Below, piece after piece: positions 1-13,829 of a stretch of DNA of 64,000 nt; position 1 is the first letter of the stretch, and each line of letters opens with the position of its first letter. The notes under the pieces were generated by a model. That model was given only the letters and a program-made list of their open reading frames with translations. It had not been told where the DNA came from and did no database searches. Source of the stretch: Ramazzottius varieornatus (Eukaryota; Animalia; Tardigrada); the NCBI GenBank assembly GCA_001949185.1, contig BDGG01000017.1, positions 1 through 64,000 on the forward strand. Direction: 5' to 3'. Position numbers and translations under genes: made by a program.

Positions 1-975
1 AATCAATCCATACAGTAGCACTTACAACAACTTCGACGCGTTCGGCGGACAGCGGAGGTGACTGTGATGTGGAAGCTTTCGATGGGGTATCAGCACAGGT
101 GAGAGCCTGAGCTCTTCTCGTGGACACCATTCCTAAATACGAAGATCGAAATCTGTCTCGAAACCGGACAACAAGAAATGTCGCGTCCAGTACTAGGAAC
201 AACGTAAGTATCAATTGAAATTTTAGTGAACAGTACACGACGGACCGGTGCCCGTTCGCTGCTCAGCACCTAACCCTTTACCCACCGAATTCGAAACACC
301 AAAGCGACCGTAAAACTTGGCGTGCCGTACACTGATGAGCTGCTGTACTTTGCGTTGCTGGAGAGTGGGACAAACGTTCAGACGGTTGATTGACTGCTCT
401 ACGCGAATATCGAGGCGGAGCGAATATTCGTTACGTCATCCACATACACCTAAAACAGAAAAAACGGTGGCGCCAATGGGATTAGAGTAGTTCTGCATTG
501 AAGAATTCGTAAAAAGCCAAAAGATGACTTGATCCGCTTAACTATGGCGCATATGTTGATGGATGCTCTTCACTAGTCTACGGCGGTGCCGAGTCAATCC
601 ACATTTCGGTACGTCGCTGTTTTCAGCACGCACAAGTACTGCAGCTAATTAACCGTGGACAAATTAACTCTCCTCGCGGAACTAAGATTTGTCAGTGCCT
701 CCTTCAGTTCAATATTATTGCTCAACGTGGAAGTGCCTTGTTGTAAAAATAAACGCCATTGCTGAAAGAGTGGACTTCTTCGGTGGACTACGAGAATACT
801 TTCGAATAAGTCAACACCCACTTAGCAATTGCGGCTCGCCTGAACGGATCGAAGTACCATCAGACAGCGGGTTTCGTGAGCGCTTTGGGAACAGCGTACG
901 TCACTTCATCCAGCTACTACAAGTATGTTTGTCGTATCGATAATTTCCTGAATCAGATGGCTGTCCAAAGCAAGC

Positions 976-1909
976 ATGGGATTTGGTCACGCCAATGACG
1001 TCATAGTGAACATGATTGTGACCTGCAATGGTTCCTGGCTAACTCGAGGCTACAAGTCGAAATTCGGCATAGTTACAGTGCTGTGCGCCAAGACGGGGAA
1101 GTGCTGGATGTTGTGGTGTGCAGCTCTTACTGCAGCTCTTACTACACACGGTGCTTCTCGGCGATGACGAACGACACGAGTGTCAGAACAATAACGACGG
1201 AAAGTCTGGTAGCATGGAGGTGACCGGAACGAAGATCGCCTTCTCGCGATCTGTTTCCCAGTTCAAACTGCGATGAGGAAAAAAATCAGTAAAAATAGGA
1301 AGCTAAAAAGTCTTTATTGTACATGAATCACCCCTACAAAAAGATCAGCAACATGTATCGATTTGAAATCTTAAATAAGATTCCTAGCCGACGTATTTCC
1401 AATTTATTCGATAAGTCGGCAGATGAATTCACCTCGATTATTTCCTGAAGTGGTGCACACACTCAGTAGCAATAAAAGTCTACGCTACCTGAGATAGCAA
1501 TCTGGATGAAATCATTTGTATTTTGCTGACGGTCCATTTATTGACCCATGGAAAAATTGTCTATTTGTTCGCACGTTACAGGTACGTTTACATGGTTCGA
1601 GTCGGAGATTCGAAAGCTTTCGAGGCCGTAAAGAATATCTACGGACCTGATGTGGCAGTACAGTCGCTGGCGGACAACAATCACATAGGCAAGAATTTCA
1701 TCATGAAGTTCGATGGAGCGCGTACTGGAACCACCAAGGACGGTGAAACCTTGGAGGGCAAAGGACGTCTCACGGAACCGCTTGCCAAATCCCTTGCCAG
1801 CTCTATGGCCAAAGCAATTAGGGATGTTGCACGAGAGAGCGGCACCGCCGAAGAGCTGAGCCATGCGTTTTGGAGAATATTCTACCACAAGAGCCAGAGG
1901 CATCAGTGA
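976..1909 (+). pseudogene. Decayed Mutator-like DNA transposase
   Basis: Fragments read GSWLTRGYKSKFGIVTV..TGK, HECQNNNDGKSGSMEV..FSRS..FKLR|YVYMVRVGDSKAF..NHIGK..GKGRLT. These match the DG(T/S)W..G, SGSME, DGDS and H..K..GKGRLT motifs of Mutator-like transposases. Frameshifts and stops are present, the catalytic Asp positions look altered, and the intron at 1273-1581 has a donor reading AT instead of GT. Confidence 0.75.
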
Positions 1910-2119
1910 TTATGCCCACTTATGGATATAACGGATTTAAACTTTTGTGATGCTTATTATCTAAAACTAAAATTCGTGACAGACTGCGTGCAATTCATAA
2001 GGTTGATTGTTCCTTTTCAACAGTAACAACTGAATCACAAATTATATTACGCTGTGGTAATTTTTTTTAATTTTTTAGTCTGTGTCCTGTTGGTCGAGAT
2101 TCATGGCGCAAGTCCCAAG

Positions 2120-2441
2120 TACGAGGAAAAGGTTGTAAACTAAGCCCCCTCCCCCATACCGGGGTTTGTAAAGTTAGCCACGGCTGTAGCGTCTGTCGCT
2201 TGATTGAATATTTGATTGTCAGCCTTTTTAACAGGGGATTTCAACGTTTCTTTAATTACGGATCTCTTGGATTCTCTGACTCCTCGCGTTGACTGCACCT
2301 AATACCATTCGACAGCTCATCATTTTATCTACCGATCTATCCTTGAAAGTTTGGGATTCAGTAGTAGAGAACAGGCGTACTTAGACGGCTAACTTTACAA
2401 ACCCGGTATGGGGCGGCTAACTTTACAACCTTTCCCTCGTA
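2120..2441. mobile_element. Tc1/mariner-type MITE
   Basis: About 60-bp imperfect TIRs, TA-CGAGGAAAAGGTTGTAAA.. and ..TTTACAACCTTTCCCTCG-TA, with TA on both flanks and no ORF. Confidence 0.75.
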
Positions 2442-3923
2442 CCCGATAGGTTGCAAGATGGATTTGGGTTTGACTTACTGAAACTTGCTGTGTGAGGGAT
2501 GAAGTTACTGATACAGGTTCGGTAAGTTGGAAAGCGGAGGGGAGGGGATGTTATTTCGTAGAAGGCTTTGCCAAGTTGTGGAAAGGAGGAAGTATAGTTT
2601 GGAGTGTTGATGTACGTTGAGCCACGGTGCCGTAATTCTTTCCGGACGTATGATGGGCGTGTGCTGGGCAGATGAGTAGGCGGCTGTTATTCCGTAGATG
2701 TTCCGTAAATATCGATATGATCGTCGTATCCCATCAATCGATATGATAGGCGTAATCCAACCTATTGGAAGGGTAGGGTAAGAGGTAAGGCTATCTGGTG
2801 CCTTCAGAGTACCAACCCAATGGAAATGGAGGAGCAGGAATCCCTCATCAACAGAGAGCTCTTACTGATGATGCGGCCATTACGGCTACTCCCGGTTATC
2901 CCGGCTACTCCCGGTATTTCCCGGTTAACGGTTCTGAAAAATATCTGCCTTAACCGAATGACGGACGTTTTCTGCCAGTTAGCGATTTTTCTGTGCTACC
3001 AAATTTTACGGCGTTTTTTCCCCTGTTAACGGTTTTGCATAATTACCAGATTTCACGGGTCTACTGTCTGAAACAGATGTTTTAGTTTTACCACTGTATA
3101 CTGCCCGTTTGTGTTTCTTACCGCCATATTTCCGCTTAATACGGTTCATTACATGTCCACTTCAGTTGTGCTGGACCGAAAGTATACCAGAAACCGAATG
3201 AAACTTGCACAATAAGCAAACGGCTAAATTCAGATTTGTTCCGGCAGAAAAAACGGACTGAAAGAAACTATTCTGTCAAGAAAGCGAGAAAAACCGAAGC
3301 ATTATCGTTCCGAATTGAACTACGCAAAAAGCGAGTCAAAAAACAGTGACCAAACGATACGCGTACAAGGTACATTATCTCGTATACTTCTCTGTAAATA
3401 TTACAGACTGTTAACTGGCAGCAATTGGTAGAAATTTCACCAAGGGTAGTGCGGCCCTTCTGGCTCGCAACGGGTCCACAAAGGCACAAACCCTCAAAAG
3501 TGGTGGCTCACGTAGCCGAAATGGCACAGCGAAGTCAGCACTTCGGACAGTATTGCGGGCAGGGGATCTATTCCTTCGGAATCGGCGTTTTCGTCGGAAC
3601 AAAAACAGTGGAAAATTATCGAACTTTTCAAAATTCCAGCTTTATTTTTTCTTCCAGATTATCCTCTCCTAGATATCGATTACTTTTTGAAAATGCCCGA
3701 AATCAAAAACTTCTAGGTCAGTGGTTGTCCCATCCGAAGGGATAGGTATCCATCCGTGTGCTGTCCTATATCATTCATGGGAAATTCATGGAAGGAGATG
3801 TTCTTGCAAGATGGCAAGAATTCTGCGATCCGATTCCCGGGGCCTACTTTCCCAAGAATTCTTCGTCTGTCAGTACCAGTTCACACCGGACTGCCAGTCT
3901 GCCACCACAATAAAGGCTATCTG

Positions 3924-4402
3924 TACACACGAACGACGAGATATTACGGGCCAGTAATAATTACGGGCCAGTAAAAATTACGGGCCAGGCGGAAAAGACG
4001 GCGAATTTACAATTTGTATGGAAGTCAGAAACAGAAATCGCACAAATGACGTTGCGTAGTAAAATTCAACCGTAGAAAATTGTCATGGACAGTGGCCATC
4101 AGCTGATCATCTGTTCTACTCTAACGCTGTTGTCGACTATTGTTCGTCTTTCTCCCAGAGAAGCTCTGAAATAGCTTGAACCGTTGAAGATCAGAGTGTT
4201 CCGGTGAAATGGAGATCCAAGCGCTATGATAAATTCGACAAGCTTTAAGTTAGCTCCTCGGCCCAATATCCAGTACGTAAGTGCAGCAGTGCAGCCTTCG
4301 ATTTGGTTTTTACTTGAAGCAAGAGTTACCTGCCCGTGCCGCCGTAGCGAAAGGGCCTGGCCCGTAATTTTTACTGGTCCATGATATCTCGTCGCGCGTG
4401 TA
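3924..4402. mobile_element. MITE with TA flanks
   Basis: TIRs TACACACGAACGACGAGATATTACGGGCCAG.. and ..CTGGCCCGTAATTTTTACTGGTCCATGATATCTCGTCGCGCGTGTA. Internal TTACGGGCCAG occurs three times. The internal GGCGGAAAAGACGGC..AATTCAACCGTA segment is shared with 42470-42646. Confidence 0.75.
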
Positions 4403-4451
4403 CCAAAATTAGATGTCCCGTGTTGCTCGAACCTGCTCAGTTGCCACCTGG

Positions 4452-5083
4452 TAGTGCTGGCAAAAATACGAAATAAGATACGATATTTTTCGATAAAATA
4501 TCCGCAGGTATTTTATCGCGGTCTTCGATATTCGTTCGGTATCGATACTTCGATATGATATTTTTCCCATACCGTATTTTTTATATATCGTATATCGCAG
4601 CGATATATCGATATTTTTGAAATTAGAGTTTTTTCAGAATTCCACTTGGTTCAAGGCCAAGAACCCAAGAAGCGATTTGCACACAAAGTATTAGTAAGAT
4701 CGAAAGCGTCGGATACAGCAAAGATGTGGCAGTACCAAGAGTCCAAGACTTCAAATACATGGAAACCCGGATAGAATTAGTACCAAAACCGAATGGGCGG
4801 AGCGTGCTCGCCTGCTTGGCATACCGTGGCCGGAATCAAGGCTTTGAAATCAACTGTAGTCTTTAGTAAATGTGATATAATTGCCCTGTGGGTCATTCGG
4901 CAAAATAACAATATATCGGAAATATATCGATATGCCGCGATACGATATCGCCGAATATTTTATTGTGTTATTCGATATGAGTCTCATATCGATATTTTCG
5001 ATACGATATCTGCCGCATATTTTATCGCAAAGATTCGATATATTTCGATACGATACCGGTATACCGTATCGTTGCCAGCACTA
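4452..5083. mobile_element. hAT-like MITE with CGATA-rich subterminal repeats
   Basis: TIRs TAGTGCTGGCA and TGCCAGCACTA, a near target-site duplication (CCACCTGG / CCACTGG), and dense CGATA/TATCG repeats at both ends. Confidence 0.75.
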
Positions 5084-6100
5084 CCACTGGTATGCTGAAA
5101 GCAAAGTTCAAAATTTAAACTACTGTGTCCGTGTGGAAGACGTCACTGCACAGATGATGGCGAACATGCGATATGTACTGTCCTTCTTTGACTGTTGTGA
5201 CGTCATGTGTTTGGCTGCTCGGGTCAGCTAAACCGGCTGCCGCGCATGATGTCAGGCACGGTTGGAACCACATAGTTGACTACCGATCTTCCGTTGACAC
5301 GTGTGGACGTCATGCAGCAGTACACCTGGGTCGTACGCACATTGGTTGTGCTTGGCATTTTTCTACGATTTTCCGCAACGGGTGCTGTGGAGCATCTCAA
5401 TCAGTCAAGAGTATCACAAGTGGACGTTCCATCCGTGGAATTTTCTCCCTGCGATTGAGAAAACCTTGTGGGTGTTTCACTTAGTGGGGACATATTGAGG
5501 ATGTCCAGAGAGATCTGTCGAAGATCAGGCTACCTTCGCCGGAGTGGTTCGTCACTGATCTGGTGGAGAACCAGTACCAAGTGCTATTTCCGTGTTTCGA
5601 TGAACACGGAAGCTTGCTCAAGTCCATGTCGTTCTCACGGGATCTAATACCGAGGGTTCATGTCAGGAATGAACGCTGCCTGGAGGAAGACGCGGGGTTG
5701 ATGGTACGTACGTATGAGTTCCAAATTATTCGCTCAAGTCTACAAGCAACCTTGATATGCGTTTTCGCTGTTAGTTCCTCGAGCCACGCACTCACTCTGG
5801 CGTACGACTGTACGAAGAACATAGCGAAGATACAGCGGTGAAGAACTCGCACTATTTATGCAAGAACTACGGAGAGCGGGTTTTACCAAACTGAAGTATC
5901 ACTGAAAGCTCAATCACAATGTCATCCTTATTCACAAATTGCTACAGCGTTTGTAAATTCGGCCAGTTTAACCAGAGGTCACTTCCTGGCACTAAATACA
6001 AGAACAACACCCAAGCATGTTGCGATTACAAGCATATAAGGTTAGCCCAATACGACCATGACCAAAATAATTAACGGGTAGGGTAGCGAAACCCATAGTT

Positions 6101-9100
6101 TCACATGTTATTGACCAATTCGTGCTTCTTCATGATGTCCACCCGCTGAGTCCTGGGATCGGGTCGCTTCTTTCTCTGCAACATCTGCCTCATTTCCTGG
6201 GCCGACATACCCAGTGCCAGTCCATCAAAGTTAGCAGCCGATTTGGGTGCCGAAGTGGCTGTTAATGAAGGCACGTCGGCCGTAGGTTGCGTCATGGCAG
6301 AAGAAGGCGACGGTACGACGCGTGGCGCCACCGTCGGCGGTGTGCTGCGGCGAGCGGCCTCGGGCTGGTACGAGGATGGCACAACCGCTGGTGATGGTGA
6401 AGGCGTCTTGGTGAAAACCTCTTCGAAACCCAGGTCTTTGGTATCAGAGTCCGAGCTCTTGGAATCAGTGGCTTCTAGGGTGTAGGAACGGACGGAAGCT
6501 GAACTGGAATCACTGCTTTCAGTGCTTCGATGCCGGTTCACCTACAGCACAACATTCTTATCTGGCCCCGCAAAATTTGGCTTGTTCTGTACACTGTACG
6601 TACCTGATCCGGTGAAGAAGCAGCATGGCCGTTCGTCCCACTCGTCTCATTTTGTCGTCGTTCCACCGACTCGTACAGGTGTTCCCTCGGTTGGTTCTTA
6701 TCTTGTCGGACATCAAACGCCGGACTGTGCTCGACGCGTTCCACCAGTATCTCAGCATTAGCTTCCCCATCCTTGTCCAGGTTTTTCGTGCTTGGTGAAA
6801 ATCGAATCATCTTGTCGGCGGGGGTTTCCTCCCGCTCTCCCCCACTGTTTTGAGCAGGCCTCAGCGAACTGCGCCGTGGTAGCTCGTGTAGCTTTTCTTC
6901 CTCGCCGGATAATGGACGGTAGCCGGTCAACTGTGAAGCCGTGGCATTCGTCACATCATGTACATCAACCTGCCACAAGGAAATCAATGGAGAAAAAACT
7001 GAGAGGAAAAAACATGGCGAGAGGTTTTGAGAATTAGAGAAAGCCCAGAAATATATCTAAAAGCAAAGTACAGAAAATTGTCAGCTCGGCAAATAAGTTT
7101 GACCTGATCGGTTTCTCAAGTGGCGCACGCTCCTGGTAAAGTTAGCTAGGAGCGTGCGCCACTTGAGGAAACATATCTGCTTGAATTTGCTTGCCGAACT
7201 CTCAGTTGTCAGTAAGGGTTTCAGGAGATTGGAAAGTTAGTAATGAAGAGAAAAGAATGAAAAAACAGCGACGATGGTTCTTTCCATGGTTTGCATATGG
7301 ATTGCGGGATGTGCTCTCACCTTGACCACGGTTTCGTGGTGTGATTCGTGCATGGCGTCGTTTTGTGCTGCAGGTGGAGCGTGATTGCCCAAGCCGATTG
7401 GGATATGGACAGGTTGCGGTAGATGGACAACGCTGTTGCGTGGCGTAGGCGTTGGCGAATCGGTCTTGGACTGTTCGAGCTGGTGACTTGCCAGACCGAT
7501 GGGAATGTCGACGGCTTCGACCGCCGAGCGAAGTTGAGCAAGCGAATGTGGCAAGGAGGGATCGTTGTCGTGGCTGACGCTACTGGGTACCGGCGGGGGG
7601 ACAGATGTGGGTAAGCTGGGTGGCTCGGGTAAAGCTGCGGGACTTTGGCGGCTGCTGTCAGCGCCCGACTTGGATGGCTGGTCCAAACTCTCGCGACGGT
7701 CGGTGGATGGAAGGGGATCTGTCAGTGGCGGAGAGGTGATATGTTGTGCGGCTTTACTGACACTTCCACCTGTAAGTGACAAAAAGCAAGCCTGCCAAAA
7801 AATTTTCATCAGTTTCACCGATGTTCGTTCAAAATGGGGTTTGACAACGAACTGGTCAAGATTATTTTCCCCAGTGGCGCACGCTCTCGAAGTTGTTGGC
7901 TGGAATCGTGCGCTACATAGAAACGTCGCTCGGTTGGTTTTCCAAGTGGCGCACGCTGTCAGTGTTATCGGCTGGAGGCGTAGGCCACTTGGAGAAACGA
8001 TTTCGTTCATCACTAATAACGACTAAATTATCGAACTCATGAAAGAACGGTATTCAGGGGTATGTTGCGGCGGACTGACCTGAGGAAGTGGAGGGATTCT
8101 GGAGGTAGATAACTTCCTTCAGCGAAGACCGGATGACAATCTTGTTGTCTCGGTACCAGGCATCGGCTTCCTGGTCAACCACCAATAAACGCGTCTCTCC
8201 CTGGATACTTTTGATGCGTTCGACAACCTGTTTGTGGTTCTCATTGGCAATGTTGATGCCGTTGACTTCGACGATGCGATCACCCTGAAACCATCGGTAA
8301 CTCAGCTATCAATCTGACGAAGAGTAAGACGACACCCCGGAAAAGACAACACCACAGCGCACGAACTGAGCAAACTGAAAGGAAGTCACAAGCCGAGTAC
8401 CTAAACTGACAAGTGTCTGATCAGAGATCAGCGTGGTAAATAAACGCTGGCTGCAAGCCTGTGTCACAAACCAACAGTGCCCCACGGCGCTCATCGTCGC
8501 TTCCGGTGTAGCTAACTTTCGTAACTTTTAATCCGTATAAACAGACTCAGACACTTAATTCCTTTCAATTTACTTAGTCATGCGCACACACCCTGCCTGT
8601 CCACATTCCACGCTTCAATCCCCACCATTCGCACTCTCAGCCAATCAGCCAGACAAAACGTTTTTCACCATCTTGACTTTCTTTCTTAAAAATTCCCATC
8701 TTTTGTGTCACAATTTGAATTTCTTCGAAAAATTCCCGTTACCAGTAAAATGTTTGGGAGACCAGCGAACTGGCTCGAGACCATTGTCGTCTCCAGTGGC
8801 GCAGTTTTCATTGTTGTTAGTTGGAAAAGTGCGCCACTGAAAATAATGGCCATCCCGAGACTGTTTGCCGGCTCCCATTTGGACATTTCGCGATCACGAA
8901 ATTCACACTTATTTAACCGACCAAAAACGAGAGGGTTTCACCTTTTTAAGTCCCGCAGCTTCCGCCGGCGAGTTCTCGTCCACCTTGCCGATAAACTGGC
9001 CGTTTTTGGTCTTATCCGAATGCAGATTGAAGCCATAACCGTCAAAATCCGACCATCGAACCACGTGACACAACCTGCAAACACATCAAAACTGTTGAAC

Positions 9101-10159
9101 CCGCAATCCATAACTCTCACGTTTATGCTGGCTGGTAAAGCCGTTTTACGGTTTTCTGCCGCTATATCGACCGTACTTTGTAGGTTGTTTGCCCGACCTA
9201 TCCGCAATGAACTCGTATACAGTCTGATTGTTCTCGAGACGAACCCAAGACCTCACAGATTGGGGAAAGACCCCGAATGGTAAGTGTGTCTCCGGTACTT
9301 CCGGGTATAATAACGACCCCCCTTTGAATCCACTACCCCAAGCCAACCCAACAAGATCGTTTCCTCTAGTGGCGCACGTTTTCAGCCAATGACCCTTGTT
9401 ACGTGCGCCACTTGAGCGAGCAAACTCGACACGATCATTATTCCAAGTGGCGCAAGCTTTCAGTCAAATAAGCAGTTCGCCACTTGGGAAAGGAATCCTG
9501 TACAGTGTGTTTGCCGAGCTCTTCACAGTGCTGCGCAGTCTCTGCCGGCTTCTTGGTTTTTGTTGGCTACATTTAGTTTTCTTGTGGTGAAATAATGCCG
9601 TCGCTGTTTTGGGTGGACAATAGCTTTGTCCAATTGTCCGAAAACACTTTTATGCGACAAGACAGGTTGATGTGTTCCAATAACACACATTTAGCCAAAG
9701 CTTTGCATTAGCCTTCAAAGCATATTTCAAAGGTATACATTGAATGTTCGCCATGTCAGCATGTTGACGATAGCATCGCTATGTTAAGAATTATGACCAC
9801 AGTAAATAATCGATCCCCTCAATGTCATAATCGATCGACCGAGAAACATCGCATCTTCTCGTCATTTACCGCTAGCCAGCGTACTCACTCTGCAATCATG
9901 CTCATCTCAAACACCGGAAACATAACTTATTCGTATGACCATGAATAAAAGGCGGCCAACCGAGAAACCGCAGCAGCAACCTTCTGAATATCGATTTCGT
10001 TACTTCAATCAGAGAAAACTGTTTGTTATAGCGGACTGGTTCGCCATCGATTTCCCACGCTGAAAGTGTTTAACATCTCAAGTATCGGATGAGGTTATAA
10101 TGAAGGCGAGGAACTTACCGTGGAGCCGGTGTTTTTTCCTCGACGATATCGGCCACCAT
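6101..10159 (-). CDS. NHERF/EBP50 (Sip1-like) single-PDZ scaffold protein, 6 exons
   Basis: Spliced reading: [14 protein letters not shown] (10159-10119) | [44 protein letters not shown] (~9074-8942) | [25 protein letters not shown].. (~8285-8080) | Pro/Ser-rich exons | ..[30 protein letters not shown] (ERM-binding-like tail). The GYGF PDZ motif is present. Confidence 0.88.
7083..7200. repeat. Intronic palindromic element copy (1 core)
   Basis: Perfect 20-bp stem CTCAAGTGGCGCACGCTCCT..AGGAGCGTGCGCCACTTGAG, flanked by CTCGGCAAA and TTGCCGAAC. Confidence 0.85.
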
Positions 10160-11498
10160 TTTCCACTAAATTCGAATACTGAAGAGGCCAAGGGAGCAAG
10201 CGAATTGTGATGATGGACTTCCGCCGCTTGTAGCACTTGAGGAAGGCGTCAACGCTAAGTGTCCTCCCACTTGGAAAACTGGCCCGTAATGGTTCGGTAC
10301 CCGCCAGATACTACTTCACAATACTGATTAGGAAGCTATTCATTGTGGGTTGCTGCAATGCCGGAACATCGACTTGGAAAGATATGTTATCAGCAATGTC
10401 CAGCCATATATTCCAAAGTAGCTACTGATAAGCTAGATGGAGGGGAGTTACCGAAAGAGTGCATAACCGTTTAAAACCCATGTCTGGCATGTTTACTGTA
10501 CTGATCAGCAGCCCGGCGACGGCTACTCGATCGATGACGATAAAGCTAGCCACTCTCTTTTCCTGGTCTCTCGAACCTGTATAGGTATAGACATCATGAC
10601 GGTGGTATGGTACAGTCACAGTGCAGAAGTCACAGTATACTGCACTGGTGTACAGTCAATAAAAGAGAAAGATCAGCTGTCAAGATGCTTCCGTACTGGC
10701 TGGCCGCTCCGGCCCTAGCTGTCAACTTGTACCTTGCTCTCTCTCTCTCTACTGAAAGGTATCTACCAGCAGACGAGGAGACAGAGAAAAAGTGCCGATG
10801 CGGTCGCAATGTAACGTATGGCTACGAGTAGGTACGGTAGTCTGACTTGATGATGACATTGTTGTGAATAAGAAGTTGAAGAGGTGAAGTGACATATATG
10901 CTGGCAGAATTCTGCCTCTTGGAAATTTTGATGGGCGAGAAGAGTACAGTAGTGTACCAGTGCACTTCCGTGGAACATGCTGTGGTTGCTCAGTGGAAAC
11001 GTTCAGGTCTCGACCGGACGAATTGACTCAGCTGGTCATCAGGTACAGCGGAATGCGATACAGCGGTCGAGCAGCGCTGACGATATCACTTTCCGAAGGG
11101 GCGATTCCATTCCACTACGGGCACTGCAGTGGTGTACGTGTATTCTCATTGATTTGTTGCCCAGAATCACACACAAGAAAGGGCCAATCTCAACGCTGCA
11201 CAGGATTGACAGTGCTGAATATTCCCTAACAGAAAGACAAGCTGAACTTGTTTCTACAAAGGAGAGTGGACGTTGAAAGCAGTCGGGTTTCTAAGCTTGT
11301 CAGTCAACATGCCGAACCCTTCTCGTACATGGCGAACTAGCACTGGACAATGTGCCCGTACATAAACTTGGTCCTTCAAGAGTGGGCAGGCTTCCTTGAT
11401 GAGAAAACTATAGGGACCCTCAGATGTAAAATGCGGTGCTTATACTTGATACCTTTTCTTCCGCTGAAACGGTCGGTTGGGCGCTACATAACTGTGCC

Positions 11499-12303
11499 CA
11501 GTGTTGTTCCGATTATTGTAATTCGTAATTGAAAATGGCCTAATTTGACGGTTTTCGAATTTCGATATAACAAATTCAAATTGCCAATTCTGGGTTGGTC
11601 ATTTCGACTATATTAATCGGAATTGAATCGGAATTCCAAGAACGAGAAGATATTTTAATGTACAATTGAAATGCAAGATTTTGGTGATTCGAATCATTAC
11701 TGACACCAAAGAAGCACGCGGAATGCACATGGATATGTCACTTTCTCGCCTTGTGAATCACCTTCAGTGCTTGATTGACTGACTAATGGTGCTCTGGCGC
11801 ACGTACACAGCAGAATCAAAATGCGTATTTCGTACAAAGTTCTTCGCGAAGCTGCAGTTCGTCCTTGTATGACATGTACGTGACCAGTACCCGGTGGACC
11901 TTGCTAGGGTTCTGGTTCTCCAGTGGGGTTCAACTTTACGCCTCTGCGACGCACCGTGGCTCCTTCATGGAGCATAACAGTCCGTATTGACGACAGCCAT
12001 CCGTACTGGATACCTTGGGAACGGAGTATTCTCCGCGAAATACCAGAGGGTCAATCTAAACGCTTACCCATCCAACGCGTGCTACCGAACAGAAATGCCA
12101 ATTGTATGACAACTCAAGTTACAAAACCCCATCCCCATAATTCGAATAATTTCAATTGGTTGTCGAAATTTGAATTTGAATTAATCGTCATTGATGATCC
12201 AGCCAGGACGAGTCACCTGCAATTCAAGTTGCTGCTACGCAAGGGATTCCGATTAATTCGTAATTGCAGTTGAAACTGGAAAAGTCATATCGGAACAACA
12301 CTG
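11499..12303. mobile_element. Non-autonomous hAT element (805 bp)
   Basis: 15-bp TIRs CAGTGTTGTTCCGAT and ATCGGAACAACACTG, a perfect 8-bp TSD ACTGTGCC (11491-11498 and 12304-12311), and AATT-rich subterminal repeats. Confidence 0.9.
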
Positions 12304-13829
12304 ACTGTGCCACTGAGCCTTGTACAGTACGAGGAGGGAAACCTAACTTTCCTAATGGTCATACGTTAGTAAGAAAAATCCTAAAGGTAGCGCTGCCCAC
12401 TGCGAAGCCTAGACTACAGCCAGCTGGCGGCTGAGCAGAAGTTAGTAGTTTTCGCCAGTTAGCATTCGCAGTTCATTCAGGCCTTGATTGTACGATTGAC
12501 AACTCTAGACAGAAATTTCAGCACGTTTTGGCAACAGTCCCAGATGTAGCCATATCTCACCGTGGCGTGGACAGATTTCGCTGGTTCTGGTTTCAGGAGA
12601 TATCTAGAAGCTCATTCCTAATTTAGAGAGCAAGAGATAGCAGTGAAACTCTAGCAGTAACAAAGCATTTCCACCCAAGCAGCCGTCGTTTTCTGATCCT
12701 TTTCCGGTGACGTCATGCGCCACCGGAAAACAGGACAGCTGTAGCACAACTCCGTTTGTTTGCACTTCTCCTGTACAATTCTGCTTTCGGCAGTAAGTCT
12801 ACTTTTGTGCTACCGTTTGATACCTGGACAAATCTAGTTTGGCCATCGTGAGCCAAGATACAAGCAAACAACTTCCATCGATGAGTTACCGTGTCCCGCA
12901 GTTTGTCGTTCAACGCCAGATGAGCAACAACTTGGAGATAACTTCCGGAGTGGTGTGGAGGGAGCTCGTTGGACTGGCTACAGAACAGCTTCCACGTATC
13001 AAAAACAGGGCAAAATGAGGTTCAAAAGGTTGGAGATCAGTAAATGAAATGGTTTGTCATCAGCAAGGGAGCCGAGGGATTCAGGCAAATTTTGCGAAAG
13101 CAATGCGTTTTCGCTCAGAAGTTAGTAAAGTTTTCGCCGTTCCGACTTTCATTAGAAATCATAGGGAAAGTGTATCGGCGCACTGGGCCACGCCACCCAG
13201 TCCCATCGATTTCTATATGATTTCGCTTATATGTGGTTTACTGGCTCAGCTTGCTCTGCCCTCTGCAGAGAGCGTGCTCCCTAATATCGAGCTCCATTTT
13301 CAAATGGCTTCCCATCTGGAATTTCTGTCGTCATGATCTCCCGCTGATTCCGGGTTGTCTGGCTTAGGATGGAGTAAGGTGTGGGAGGATGCTTGTCAAT
13401 TAATTTATGATTTCGGATTTTCGGTACCTCATGGTAGATAAGAAAATTGTTAGTTAGTCAGGTATTCGCCAGTACGGCGAGTTAGAAAAGTTGGGACTTG
13501 CTCCTCGTACATATCCTGGTAGGTCCAGCTTCTCCCCAATACTGCGGATACCACGCACGAGCACCGCAATGGGTTTCACCAGGGCTTCGACGCATATATC
13601 TTCATCCGTACAGTATCCAGAGCTACACCAGCAAGTTCCGGTCCAAATTCCGCGGAGTGGATATCCCCCGGCAAGCAGGTAAAGTAAATCAGAACTGACA
13701 AGCTTTCCACTTCGGCACGACTAAATACCGTAAATGCTGGAAAACGGGAGAAAGGGAGACAGACTATTAATGTCATGAGAGGTCCCAGACAGCTAAAAAA
13801 CTGAAAGCTTAAAGAAAAGGCAATTACGG

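Noticed and set aside
4793-5231. Arg/Tyr/Ile-rich ORFs (also 52172-52613)
   Set aside because: Translations of CGATA subterminal MITE repeats.
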